Assembly (NCBI GenBank): GCA_022711665.1
Contig: JAKLEN010000001.1
Span: forward strand, 433,179-497,178
Origin: Acidobacteriota bacterium
GTDB lineage: Bacteria > Acidobacteriota > Aminicenantia > Aminicenantales > Saccharicenantaceae
Length of the DNA stretch: 64,000 nucleotides
Direction: 5' to 3'
Shown: in pieces, positions 9,056 to 21,664 of the stretch
Layout: each line of letters begins with the position of its first letter
Numbering within the stretch: the stretch's first letter is position 1
Program-made: the position numbers and the translations under genes
The notes under the pieces: generated by a model
The model's database searches: none
What the model was told of the DNA's origin: nothing
The model's input: only the letters and a program-made list of their open reading frames with translations

Positions 9056-9540
9056 CGCGTCCCCGCCCGCGGGCGCGCCGGCCTCTTCGCCGCTCCGCCC
9101 GCCTGCTTCGCCGATTCGGTTTCCGGCCGGCTCCTGCGGACGAGGTCGTCGAAGGTCGTGGCCTCGAGGATCTCGGCCACGGCGTCCCGGACATCCTTCC
9201 ACAGCCAGCGCAGACCGCACGTTCCCTCCATCGGGCAGGCCTCGTGGGCCATGACGCTGACGCAATCTATCGGGGCCAGCGGCCCGTCCATGACCCGGAT
9301 GACCTCGGCCACGGTGATGGCGGCCGGGGCCTTGGACAGGACGTAGCCGCCCCGCTGGCCCTTGCGGCTCTTGAGGTATCCGGCCCGCTTGAGCAGGAGT
9401 AGGATCTGCTCCAGGAACCGCTGCGGGATCTCCTGGGCCCGGGAGATCTCCCGGCTGTGGACGGGCTCCCCGTCCGGGTAGCGCCGGGAGAGCTCCAGCA
9501 TGGCCCGGCTGGCGTATTCGCCCCTGGTCGAAAGCCTCAT
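9052..9540 (-). CDS. Rrf2 family transcriptional regulator (three-Cys, probable Fe-S type)
   Basis: 162 aa. N-terminal Rrf2 winged helix (MRLSTRGEYASRAMLELS...ISRAQEIPQRFLEQILLLLKRAGYLKSRKGQRGGY) and a Cys cluster CVSVMAHEACPMEGTC. Confidence 0.85.
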   Translation of the reverse strand: MRLSTRGEYASRAMLELSRRYPDGEPVHSREISRAQEIPQRFLEQILLLLKRAGYLKSRKGQRGGYVLSKAPAAITVAEVIRVMDGPLAPIDCVSVMAHEACPMEGTCGLRWLWKDVRDAVAEILEATTFDDLVRRSRPETESAKQAGGAAKRPARPRAGTR

Positions 9541-9556
9541 GGCTCCTCCCTGGTTA

Positions 9557-9610
9557 ATTGACTATATCAATAGACTAAGTCATTTAACATAGGCCGGGGG
9601 CGCTTGTCAA
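9557..9610 (-). promoter_or_regulatory. Putative promoter plus palindromic operator candidates upstream of the Rrf2 gene
   Basis: On the minus strand a perfect TTGACA (9610-9605), a 17-nt spacer, then TTAAAT (9587-9582). Immediately downstream lie the palindromes GACTTAGTC (9581-9573) and ATTGA-N5-TCAAT (9571-9557), in an AT-rich island. Confidence 0.45.
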
Positions 9611-9648
9611 GGGCTCCCGGAAAAAGGGAGACGAGGCGGAAGGGCGGC

Positions 9649-11672
<2,024 letters not shown>

Positions 11673-11680
<8 letters not shown>

Positions 11681-12305
11681 ACGGCGCCTGCTCCTGGCGA
11701 CCGGCAATCCCGGTAAGGTCCGCGAGATCCGGCGGGCACTCGAGGGCCTGCCCCTCGAGGTCGTCGGCCTGAGCGACGTCCTGCCTGTCAAGCCCCCGGC
11801 GGAACGGGGCCGGACGTTCGCCGAGAACGCCCGGGCCAAGGGCCTCTATTACAGCCGGCGCTGGCCCGGACCGGTCCTGGCCGAGGACTCCGGGCTCGAG
11901 GTCGACGCTCTCGGCGGCGCGCCGGGCGTGCGCTCGGCCCGCTTCTCCGCCCCCCGGCCGTCCGACGAGAAGAATATCCGCCGGGTCTTGCGCCAGCTCG
12001 AGGGCGTCCCGCCGGCCAAGCGCCGGGCCCGCTTCGTCTGCGCCATGGTCGTCGTCCTGAACGGCCGGGTTATCGCCGAGTTCCGCGGCGAGGTCGAAGG
12101 CCGCATCGCCTCCGAGCCTCGCGGCGAATCGGGCTTCGGCTACGATCCGATCTTCTATTACCCGCCCCTGAAAAAAACCTTCGCCGAGCTGTCCGGCGGT
12201 TCCAAGAACGAGATCAGCCACCGCGGCCGGGCCGTCCGCGGCCTGCGGGCTTATTTTGAAGCGAAAATAAAGGCCCTGTCCGGGGACGCCCCGGACAGGG
12301 CCTAG
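11673..12305 (+). CDS. rdgB: Non-canonical purine NTP pyrophosphatase, RdgB/HAM1 family
   Basis: 210 aa with a TTG start overlapping the mgtC end. Motifs LLLATGNPGKVREI, EDSGLEVDALGGAPGVRSARF and GFGYDPIFY..KTFAEL...KNEISHRGRA are present. Confidence 0.9.
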
Positions 12306-12309
12306 GCCG

Positions 12310-12621
12310 TCACTTCGGCCCGCTCTCGCTCCCCACGGTGATCAGGTCCTTGATCTGCTCGAAGACCTTCTCGCCGATGCCCTGGATCTTCATGATCTCC
12401 TCGACCTTCTTGAAGCTGCCGTTCTTCGTCCGGAAATCGACGATCCTCTGGGCGACCTTGGGCCCGATCCGCGGCAGCGTCTCGAGCTCCGAAGCCGGGG
12501 CCGTGTTGATGTTGATCCGGCCCTTCGGCCCCGGCGACTGGGCGTAGACCGGGGCGAACGCCAGCGCCAGGATCGCCGCGGCCAGCCCCAGCGCCAGAAC
12601 CTTGTGTCTCTGTGCGGTCAT
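12310..12621 (-). CDS. comEA: ComEA-like helix-hairpin-helix DNA-binding protein
   Basis: Trimmed to MTAQRHKVLALGLAAAILALAFAPVYAQ (signal/anchor), followed by ININTAPASELETLPRIGPKVAQRIVDFRTKNGSFKKVEEIMKIQGIGEKVFEQIKD, a tandem HhH region. Confidence 0.8.
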   Translation of the reverse strand: MTAQRHKVLALGLAAAILALAFAPVYAQSPGPKGRININTAPASELETLPRIGPKVAQRIVDFRTKNGSFKKVEEIMKIQGIGEKVFEQIKDLITVGSESGPK

Positions 12622-12819
12622 GGGTGCGACCTCCTTTCGCCTCTTCCCATGCAACGTCCGTGCCACCGGCCCGGACATCTTATCTTGTTCATTAGAAGGA
12701 GGTTGCGAAAGGACGGCCGGCCGCGGGGTCAAGATCGGTGGACGCTTCGGCCGGCCTCCGGCAACCGGGGTTGGCGGCGGCCGGGCGGCGCGGCAAGCGG
12801 TCTCCGCCGTGGCCGGCGC

Positions 12820-13710
12820 CTAGGAGCGGGGGTGGCTTTTCTTGTAAACGCCGAGGAGCCCGGCCAGGTCGACGTGGGTGTACTTCTGCGTCGTGGCCAG
12901 GCTCGAGTGTCCCAGGAGCTCCTGGATGACGCGCAGGTCCGCGCCCCGGCCGAGCAGATGGGAGGCGAAGGAGTGCCGCAGCGAGTGGGGACTGATCTTG
13001 CGGGTCACGGCGGCCCGGCGGACCTGCCGCCGGACCAGGCGCTGGACGGACCGGGGCGTCAGGCGGCCGCCGCGGTAGTTGAGGAAGAAGGCCTCGCCGC
13101 CGTCACCGGCGCCGGTCCGGGCCAGCTGCGGGCGGGCCCGCCGGTAGCCCTCCAGGGCCTCGAGGGCCCGGCGGCCGAAAGGCACGATCCGCTCCTTCTT
13201 GCCCTTGCCCCGGACCCGGACCAGGCGCTCGCCGAGGTGGAGATCGGCCGTCTCGATGCCGATTAGCTCGCTGACCCGTATGCCCGTGGCGTAGAGGAGC
13301 TCAAGGATAGCCCGGTCGCGCAGGTCAATCGGCTTGTCCGACTTCGGCAGGTCGAGAAGCGCCGCCGCCTCGTCCTCCGACAGGAACGAGGGCACCCGCT
13401 TTTCCTGCCGGGGCCGGGACAGGAGCCGGGCCGGGTTCTCGGCGATCCGGCGTCGCCGGATGGCGAATTCGTAGAACGACCTCAGGGCGGCCAGCTTGCG
13501 CCCGATGGTCGTCTTCCGGCGCTTCTTCTCGTGGAGCCCGGCCAGCCAGCCGCGGAGGACGACGTTGCCGGCCTTGTCCCAGCGGACCTGGCGCTCCTTC
13601 AGGTAGTCCGCGACCTGCCGCAGGTCGCGCCCGTAGGCGGCGACGGTATGGGGGGAGGCGTTCTTTTCGTGCCGGAGGTAATCCAGGAACTCAGCGATTT
13701 CCTTGTTCAT
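12820..13710 (-). CDS. xerC: Tyrosine recombinase XerC/XerD family
   Basis: 296 aa with an N-terminal SAM-like domain (FLDYLRHEKNASPHTVAAYGRDL). Catalytic motifs are ATGIRVSEL, HSLRHSFASHLL, LLGHSSLATTQKYTH. It lies in the conserved dprA-topA-xerC context, so I call it a chromosome-dimer resolvase, not a phage integrase. Confidence 0.85.
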   Translation of the reverse strand: MNKEIAEFLDYLRHEKNASPHTVAAYGRDLRQVADYLKERQVRWDKAGNVVLRGWLAGLHEKKRRKTTIGRKLAALRSFYEFAIRRRRIAENPARLLSRPRQEKRVPSFLSEDEAAALLDLPKSDKPIDLRDRAILELLYATGIRVSELIGIETADLHLGERLVRVRGKGKKERIVPFGRRALEALEGYRRARPQLARTGAGDGGEAFFLNYRGGRLTPRSVQRLVRRQVRRAAVTRKISPHSLRHSFASHLLGRGADLRVIQELLGHSSLATTQKYTHVDLAGLLGVYKKSHPRS

Positions 13711-16114
13711 CGCCGCCGGGCTCCCGGCCCCCGCCGGACGGCGCGGGCCCGTCCGGGGCCTTGTCGGCCGCCGCCGGGGCCGGAGCCCCCGCGGCGGGCG
13801 CGGCGGCCGGGCCCTGCTCCCAGAGCTTCTCCCGGGGCGCCGCTTCCTTGAAGGCGCATTTCTCGTTCTTGCAGTAGATGTAGGGTTCGCCCTTGATGAG
13901 GTTCTTCCGGTAAATGACCGGGGCCCCGCACTCCGGGCAGGCCCGGGCGATGGGGTCGTCCCAGGAGGCGAAGTGGCACTTCGGATAGCGGCTGCAGCCG
14001 AAGAAGAACTTGCCCCGGCGCGTCTTGCGCTTGAGGATCATGCCGCCGCAGCCGGTCGGGCAGGCTATACCGGTCTCGACCGGGCGCTCCTTCTTGATGT
14101 ACTTGCACTGGGGGTAGTTGGAGCAGGCCACGAAAGGCCCGAAGCGGCCGTACTTCTGGGCCAGCTGGGAGCCGCACTCGGGGCACTTCTCGTCGAGGGG
14201 CTTGGACTCCTTCTTGTCCAGGCTCTCCCGGAACTTGCAGGCCGGATAGGCCGTGCAGGCCTTGAACCGGCCGAAGCGGCCGTCCTTGATGACCAGGCCC
14301 CCGCCGCACTTGGGGCATTTCTCGTCCAGCGGGATGCCCGTCTTCTTGACGCTCTCGGTCTCCTGCCCCTGCTTCAGGGCGTCCTCGAGGAGGGCGTAGA
14401 ACCCCCGCAGGCTGTCCAGACCCTTGCGCCGGCCCTCGGAGATCTCGTCGAGATCCTCCTCCATCTGGGCCGTGAACTCGTAGTCCATGAGCCGGGCGAA
14501 GTGCTTGACCAGGAAGTCCGTGACGTACATCCCCAGCTCGGTGGGCTTGAACTTGCCCTCATCCTTGACGACGTAGGTCCGGCCCTGGATCGTGGCGATC
14601 GTCGGGGCGTAGGTGCTCGGCCGCCCGATGCCGCGCGACTCGAGCTCCTTGACCAGCGTGCCTTCCGTATAGCGGGGCGGCGGCTCGGTGAACTTCTGCT
14701 TGGTCTCGAGCTCCAGGAGCTTGAGCGTCTCGCCGGCCTCGGCCTTGGGCAGCTGCTCCTTCTCGCTCGTGCCGTTCGGCCAGACGGCCAGGAAGCCGTC
14801 GAACTTGACGACCTCGCCCTTGGCCTGGAAGAGGCAGCGGCCGGCGGTGATGTCGAAGGACGTCTCCTCGATCCGGGCCGCGGCCATCTGCGAGGCCATG
14901 AACTTCCGCCAGATGAGCTTGTAGAGGTCGTACTCTTCCTTCTTGAGGTAGGGCTTGACCTTCTCGGGCGTCAGCTCGATGTGGGCCGGCCGGATGGCCT
15001 CGTGGGCGTCCTGGGTCTTCTTCTTGCTGGCGTAGACGTTGGGCTTGGCCGGGACGTAGGGGGAGCGGTGGCCGCCTGCAGCGTGGTCCGGCTGCCCCGG
15101 CCCGGGGGCGCCGTCCGGCGCGGCCGCCTTGGCGCCGGAGGCGGGATAGTTCTGCTCGATCCAGGCCCGGGCGGCCGTCTGGGCCGCTTCGGAGACGCGG
15201 ACCGAGTCCGTGCGCATGTAGGTGATGAGCCCGGTCTGGCCGAGCTCGCCGATGGGCATGCCTTCATAGAGCTTCTGGGCCACGAACATGGTCTTCTTGA
15301 CCGGGAAGCGCAGCAGCCGGAAGCCGTCCTGCTGGAGGGTGCTGGTGATGTAGGGCGGGCCGGGGTGCTTGGACTTCGGCCGGACCTGGACGCTGTCCAG
15401 GACGAAGGCCGCCCGGCCGCACTCTTCGCGAACGATCCCGGCTTCCTCCCCGTTGTGGACCTTGGCCTTCTTGCCGTCGATCTTGGCCAGCGCGGCCTTG
15501 AAGGCCGGCGGGTTGGCGGCCTCGAGCCGGGCGGAGATATTCCAGTACTCTTCGGGCTTGAAGGCCTCGATCTCCCGCTCGCGGTCGACGATCAGCCGCA
15601 GGGTCACCGACTGGACCCGGCCGGCCGACAGGCCGCGGGCGATCTTCTTCCACAGCAGCGGGCTGATGCGGTAGCCGACCAGGCGGTCGAGGACCCGCCG
15701 CGACTGCTGGGCGTCGAGCAGGTTCATGTCGATCTGGCCGACGTGCTCGAACCCCTCCCGGACGCCTTCCTCGGTGATCTCGTGGAAGGAGGCCCGGAAG
15801 ATGTTCGGATTGGCGTCGGCCAGGAGCTGGCTCAGGTGCCAGGAGATGGCCTCGCCTTCCCGGTCGGGGTCGGCCGCCAGGATGACCCGCTCGCTCTCCT
15901 TGGCCGCCTTCCGCAGCTCGGCCACGATCTTCTTCTTGTCGGGGATGACCTCGTAGGTCGGCTCGAAATCGTGCTCGACGTCGACGCCGAGGCCCTTCTT
16001 GGGCAGGTCGCGGACGTGGCCCATCGAGGCCTTGACCACGAAATCCTTGCCGAGATAATGGTTGACCGTCTTCGCCTTGGCCGGCGACTCGACGATGACC
16101 AGCGACTTCGCCAC
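13691..16114 (-). CDS. topA: DNA topoisomerase I
   Basis: 807 aa. Toprim N-terminus (MAKSLVIVESPAKAKTV), an active-site region (GLITYMRTDS), and four C-terminal CxxC..CxxC zinc ribbons. Confidence 0.95.
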   Translation of the reverse strand: MAKSLVIVESPAKAKTVNHYLGKDFVVKASMGHVRDLPKKGLGVDVEHDFEPTYEVIPDKKKIVAELRKAAKESERVILAADPDREGEAISWHLSQLLADANPNIFRASFHEITEEGVREGFEHVGQIDMNLLDAQQSRRVLDRLVGYRISPLLWKKIARGLSAGRVQSVTLRLIVDREREIEAFKPEEYWNISARLEAANPPAFKAALAKIDGKKAKVHNGEEAGIVREECGRAAFVLDSVQVRPKSKHPGPPYITSTLQQDGFRLLRFPVKKTMFVAQKLYEGMPIGELGQTGLITYMRTDSVRVSEAAQTAARAWIEQNYPASGAKAAAPDGAPGPGQPDHAAGGHRSPYVPAKPNVYASKKKTQDAHEAIRPAHIELTPEKVKPYLKKEEYDLYKLIWRKFMASQMAAARIEETSFDITAGRCLFQAKGEVVKFDGFLAVWPNGTSEKEQLPKAEAGETLKLLELETKQKFTEPPPRYTEGTLVKELESRGIGRPSTYAPTIATIQGRTYVVKDEGKFKPTELGMYVTDFLVKHFARLMDYEFTAQMEEDLDEISEGRRKGLDSLRGFYALLEDALKQGQETESVKKTGIPLDEKCPKCGGGLVIKDGRFGRFKACTAYPACKFRESLDKKESKPLDEKCPECGSQLAQKYGRFGPFVACSNYPQCKYIKKERPVETGIACPTGCGGMILKRKTRRGKFFFGCSRYPKCHFASWDDPIARACPECGAPVIYRKNLIKGEPYIYCKNEKCAFKEAAPREKLWEQGPAAAPAAGAPAPAAADKAPDGPAPSGGGREPGGDEQGNR

Positions 16115-17218
16115 TTACATTCTCCTCTGGAACTCTTTCCCGGGATGCTGGACCACGGCCCCCTTAAGCTCGAGGCCGAGCAGCAATGCCAGCAGGCCCG
16201 ACACGGCCAGGCCCGTCCGGTCGGCCAGCTCGTCGATGCTCAGGGCCGCGTCGACGGGCAGCTCGTCCAGCAGCCGGCATTCCTCCCGGCTCAGAGAACG
16301 GCCGCTATTCTCCACCATTGCGTCCCGTTCCGCAAGGAGATTCTCGCGCCACGGCGACGGCAGGCCGTCGGCCACGTCCTCCCAGGAGGCCACGGGCCGG
16401 GCGCCGTCCCGGATCAGGGCGTTCGGCCCCTCGCTCAGGGGCGAGGTGACGTTGCCCGGGACGGCCATGACCTCGCGGTCCTGCGACAGGGCCAGCTTGG
16501 CCGAGATGAGCGAGCCGCTGCGGCGGGCCGCCTCGACTACCACCAGGCCCAGGGCCAGTCCGCTGATGATCCGGTTCCGGACCGGGAAGTTCTCGGCGAG
16601 CGGCGGCGTCCCCAGGGCCAGCTCGGAGACCACGGCCCCGCGCCCGGCGATCTCCCGGTGCAGCCCGCGGTTCTCCCACGGGTACGGAACGTCCAGGCCC
16701 GAACCGAGCACGGCTACCGTCCTTCCTTTCTTGAGAGCCCCCCGATGAGCGCAGGCGTCGATGCCCGCGGCCAAGCCGCTGACCACGACGCACCCGCGGC
16801 CGGCCAGGTCGTCCGCCAGCTTCTCGGCCACGGCCCGCCCGTAGGGAGTGGGCCGGCGGGCGCCGACGACGGCCACCGCGGGAATCCCAAGAGCCTCCGG
16901 GTCGCCCTCGCAATAGAGGACGAACGGAGGATCGAAGATCTCTCGCAGGTACCCCGGATAGCCGGGGTGGTCCAAGGTCAGGAGAGTATACGCCTTTCGC
17001 CCGATTATTTCCACTTCCCGGCCGGCCCGCTCCAGGGCCCGGCCGCTGACGATGGCCTCGACAGTCCGGGGGTCCAGGCGCAGCCCCTCGAAATCGGCCG
17101 CGCCGGCCCGGAAGATCGCCGTGACCGCCGGGAAGCGGCCCAGGAGCCGGCGGGTGGCGGCGCTCGGCCCGTAGAAGAGGAGGGACAGGGCCAGCCAGCA
17201 CAGGTCGCGGTCGTCCAC
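16115..17218 (-). CDS. dprA: DNA-processing protein DprA (Smf)
   Basis: 367 aa with a Rossmann-like DprA core (VAVVGARRPTPYGRAVAEKLADDLAGRGCVVVSGLAAGIDA, VVVEAARRSGSLISA) and a C-terminal winged helix. Confidence 0.9.
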   Translation of the reverse strand: MDDRDLCWLALSLLFYGPSAATRRLLGRFPAVTAIFRAGAADFEGLRLDPRTVEAIVSGRALERAGREVEIIGRKAYTLLTLDHPGYPGYLREIFDPPFVLYCEGDPEALGIPAVAVVGARRPTPYGRAVAEKLADDLAGRGCVVVSGLAAGIDACAHRGALKKGRTVAVLGSGLDVPYPWENRGLHREIAGRGAVVSELALGTPPLAENFPVRNRIISGLALGLVVVEAARRSGSLISAKLALSQDREVMAVPGNVTSPLSEGPNALIRDGARPVASWEDVADGLPSPWRENLLAERDAMVENSGRSLSREECRLLDELPVDAALSIDELADRTGLAVSGLLALLLGLELKGAVVQHPGKEFQRRM

Positions 17219-17319
17219 GGATCGCCCTCCTCTGATAAAAGGACGACCGGCGGGCCAAATTGATCCCGCCGCCGCTCAACGGCCGAAGAGCGGCGGCGAG
17301 CCGGCGCAGGCGTCGGTGG

Positions 17320-17547
17320 TCAGTCCTCCAGCCGGAACTGCTTATGGGAGGAGGACGCGCCGCGAAGGAGCGTCAGGCGCGACGGCGGGACGCCCAGGTG
17401 CCGGGCCAGGAGCTCGGCCACCTCGGCGTTGGCCCGGCCCTTCTCGGGCGCCGCCCGGACCCGGACCAGGAAGTCCGACGGGCCGACAGCCTCGACCCCG
17501 GGCGCCTTGGAGCGAGGCCTGGCCTTGACCGTCAGGATGCGGGCCAT
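17320..17547 (-). CDS. DUF167 (YggU-like) family protein
   Basis: Only the last 75 aa of ORF 17320..18357 are protein-like: MARILTVKARPRSKAPGVEAVGPSDFLVRVRAAPEKGRANAEVAELLARHLGVPPSRLTLLRGASSSHKQFRLED, the typical DUF167 pattern. Confidence 0.7.
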   Translation of the reverse strand: MARILTVKARPRSKAPGVEAVGPSDFLVRVRAAPEKGRANAEVAELLARHLGVPPSRLTLLRGASSSHKQFRLED

Positions 17548-17552
17548 GGCCC

Positions 17553-18335
17553 CTACTTCAGGACCGACCTGTACTTCTCGAACAGCTCCTTCATCTCCTT
17601 CCTGGAGATGACGTAACGGCTGACATAGATGGACATGGTCGAGCGGACCGGGTCGTTCGACTTGAGGAGGATGTAGTCGCGGACCGATCCCGTCCGGGAC
17701 TGGGGCGGGAAGCGGAGCTCGATCTCGCGCGAGTCCCCCGCCGGCAGGAAGATCGGCCCGGCCAGACGCTTGCCGCCGGAGAAGAACTCGACGTTCTCCT
17801 GGGCCATCTCGACCTTGAGCTCGCGCTGGCCGGTGCTCTTGATGACGATCCGGGTCGCCAGAGTATCCCCTTCGAGGACGATCCCCAGGTCGATGTTGTA
17901 GCGGTCGATGTCGATGCGGGCCGAGGGCGGGACCTGGATGTCGGCCGACAGGCTGAGCTCGTGCCGCCGGTTCCCGCCCTCGTTGGTGACGATGTAGATG
18001 AAGCGGGACATCCGGCCCGAGTAGCCCCGGGTGTCGAAGCTGGCCTTGACCTTGCCTTCCCGGCCGGGGGCAACGGTTTTCTCCGAGACCAGGGCGGCCG
18101 TGCAGCCGCAGGTCGTCTCGACCTTTTCGACGACGAGAGGGGCGCCGCCCTCGTTGCTGAAGACGAACTCGCAGGTCAGGACGTCGCCCTGCTTGACCGT
18201 GCCGAAGTCGTGGGCCGCGGTCTTGAACACGGCCCGGGGCGCCGGGGTCTGGGCCGGGGCCGCGGCGGCCGGGCCGGCGGCGCAGGCGGCGATCAGAAGG
18301 ATGGCGCCGAAGCGCCGAAGGGCTCGTGCGTTCAT
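17553..18335 (-). CDS. DUF1573 domain-containing secreted protein
   Basis: Trimmed to MNARALRRFGAILLIAACAAGPAAAAP (signal). It carries the DUF1573 signature HDFGTVKQGDVLTCEFVFSNEGGAPLVVEKVETTCGCT, followed by a second Ig-like repeat. Confidence 0.75.
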   Translation of the reverse strand: MNARALRRFGAILLIAACAAGPAAAAPAQTPAPRAVFKTAAHDFGTVKQGDVLTCEFVFSNEGGAPLVVEKVETTCGCTAALVSEKTVAPGREGKVKASFDTRGYSGRMSRFIYIVTNEGGNRRHELSLSADIQVPPSARIDIDRYNIDLGIVLEGDTLATRIVIKSTGQRELKVEMAQENVEFFSGGKRLAGPIFLPAGDSREIELRFPPQSRTGSVRDYILLKSNDPVRSTMSIYVSRYVISRKEMKELFEKYRSVLK

Positions 18336-18421
18336 GTATCTCTCCTCGCGCCTCCAAGATAACCCATCGCCGCCGCTCCCGGCAAGCCCTTGCGTCCGTT
18401 CACATGCTGATTCATGAACGG

Positions 18422-20251
<1,830 letters not shown>

Positions 20252-20275
20252 GATCGATTCTCCTTTATCTATTAT

Positions 20276-21664
20276 CTATCCGGCGTCCGGCTCGCCGTCA
20301 TCGATGCCGCCGGGGGGCGGCGCCGGCTGGCCGATGAGAGGCAGGTACTTGCCCCCCTCGGCCTGGGGATTGAGGGAGGCGACGACGCGCAGGTCCGGCC
20401 GCAGGGCCAGGTCGACGGTCTCGCCGGCGTTCTCGGGGGCCAGGATCTGGATCGAGGGCCTGTCGATTTCGGTCTCGTTCGTCGCCCGGACGACCCCGAC
20501 CCGCTCGTCGTTCAGCGTCACCAGGGTGCCGATCGGCCAGACGCCCATGAACTGGAAGAACTTGTCGAGCAGCTGGGGCTCGAAGGTCTTGCCCCGCTCG
20601 AGCATCATCAGCTCGTGGATCTTCTCCGGCGGGTAATCCTTCTTGTAGGACCGCTTCAGGGCCAGGGCGTCGTAGACGTCGCAGATGGAGACCATCATCG
20701 AGGCCGGGTGGGGCTTGCGGGCGTAGGGCGACTTGGGATAGCCGGTCATGTCGTGGCGAAGATGATGCTCGTAGCAGACGACCACGGGCAGGATCCCCAG
20801 GGCGTCCTTGTAGCCCTCGAGGATGGAGGCCCCGAGGAGGGGATGGTTGCGGACCTGCAGGAACTCGCCCTCGGAGAGCTTCGATTCCTTCTGGATGACC
20901 TTGAGCGAGATGTAGAGCTTGCCGACGTCGTGATACAGGGCGGCGATGCCCAGGTCCAGGACGTCGTCCTTGGCGAACTGGAGCTTGGAGGCGAAAAACA
21001 TGGTCAGCAGGGTGACGTTGAGCAGGTGAACGAAGGTGATCAGGTCGCGCCGCTTGACCGAGACCAGGTTGAGCAGCTCCTGGTGGCGGCCGACGAAATC
21101 CTCCATGATGCCGAGGACGTTGAAGCGCAGGTCGAGGTAGTCGATGTCCTCCCTCTCCAGGACGACATTGAGGGCGTGGGAGACCGTCCGAACCGAGCCC
21201 TCGTAGCGCGTCCGCGTCTCCTCGGCGGCCGTGGCCGCGGTCTCGCCCTTGACCAGGGCCCGCAGCTTGCCGGCCCGGATGTTCTGGATGCCGTGCAGGT
21301 TGAAGTACTCCTGCTCGCTGATCTTCTCCTGCCGCTTGACCCGGGTCAGGAAGATGATGAACTCGCGCAGCTCCTCGAAGCGCAGCCCCTGCTGGAAGAT
21401 GATCCTCTCGACGCCGTTCTTCTCCAGGAAATCGATGAGCAGGCCGAGCTTGCCGCGGAGGTTGAAGAAGATCTCGTCCTCCCAGGCCGCCTCGCCGCCG
21501 ATGATGCCCAGGACGAGCTCCTTGCGGTCCTCGAGGATCTCCTGGACGATGACGTGGAGCCGGTTGAGGTATTCCTTGAACTTGGGGTGGTCGCCGGTGT
21601 AGATCTTGCCGGCCTGGATGGCGTTCATCAGGTAGATAAAGCAGATCTTGATCTTATCCCTCAC
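20276..21664 (-). CDS. HD-GYP-type metal-dependent phosphohydrolase (variant motif) with N-terminal sensor-like domain
   Basis: 462 aa. HD motif LYHDVGK and a GYP region HHLRHDMTGYP, which deviates from canonical HHExxDGxGYP. The start overlaps the upstream gene by 11 nt. Confidence 0.8.
   Translation of the reverse strand: MRDKIKICFIYLMNAIQAGKIYTGDHPKFKEYLNRLHVIVQEILEDRKELVLGIIGGEAAWEDEIFFNLRGKLGLLIDFLEKNGVERIIFQQGLRFEELREFIIFLTRVKRQEKISEQEYFNLHGIQNIRAGKLRALVKGETAATAAEETRTRYEGSVRTVSHALNVVLEREDIDYLDLRFNVLGIMEDFVGRHQELLNLVSVKRRDLITFVHLLNVTLLTMFFASKLQFAKDDVLDLGIAALYHDVGKLYISLKVIQKESKLSEGEFLQVRNHPLLGASILEGYKDALGILPVVVCYEHHLRHDMTGYPKSPYARKPHPASMMVSICDVYDALALKRSYKKDYPPEKIHELMMLERGKTFEPQLLDKFFQFMGVWPIGTLVTLNDERVGVVRATNETEIDRPSIQILAPENAGETVDLALRPDLRVVASLNPQAEGGKYLPLIGQPAPPPGGIDDGEPDAG

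Noticed and set aside
6135-9194. A 1019-aa ORF spanning pstC, pstS and the porin. Similar fused or over-extended ORFs occur at 5263..6456, 9649..11358, 17320..18357, 17553..20249, 46943..49564 and 51195..53051.
   Set aside because: Only the 3' portions are protein-like. The upstream parts are Arg/Pro/Gly-rich read-through into neighbouring genes in other frames, and in the thrS case through the tRNA gene. Starts were moved to internal ATG or GTG codons with overlap-type coupling or signal peptides.
12820-13710. The tyrosine recombinase as a marker of an integrated mobile element.
   Set aside because: It sits in the conserved dprA-topA-xerC housekeeping arrangement and overlaps the topA end by 20 nt. 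It has native composition and no flanking repeats, tRNA or phage genes. It is called XerC/D-type.
13703-17263. Very long ORFs antisense to real genes. Examples: 1186 aa opposite topA/dprA, 18326..21865 (1179 aa) opposite glmS and the HD-GYP gene, 24711..28100 (1129 aa) opposite carB, and 581..3853 opposite the TonB receptor.
   Set aside because: Their translations are monotonous Gly/Arg/Ala/Asp/Pro/Val-rich strings with no recognisable motifs. They mirror strongly supported genes on the other strand. This is the classic stop-codon-poor shadow frame of high-GC3 genes.
20252-20275. A glmS ribozyme or riboswitch upstream of glmS.
   Set aside because: Only 24 nt separate glmS from the upstream HD-GYP gene, which is far too short for the ribozyme.
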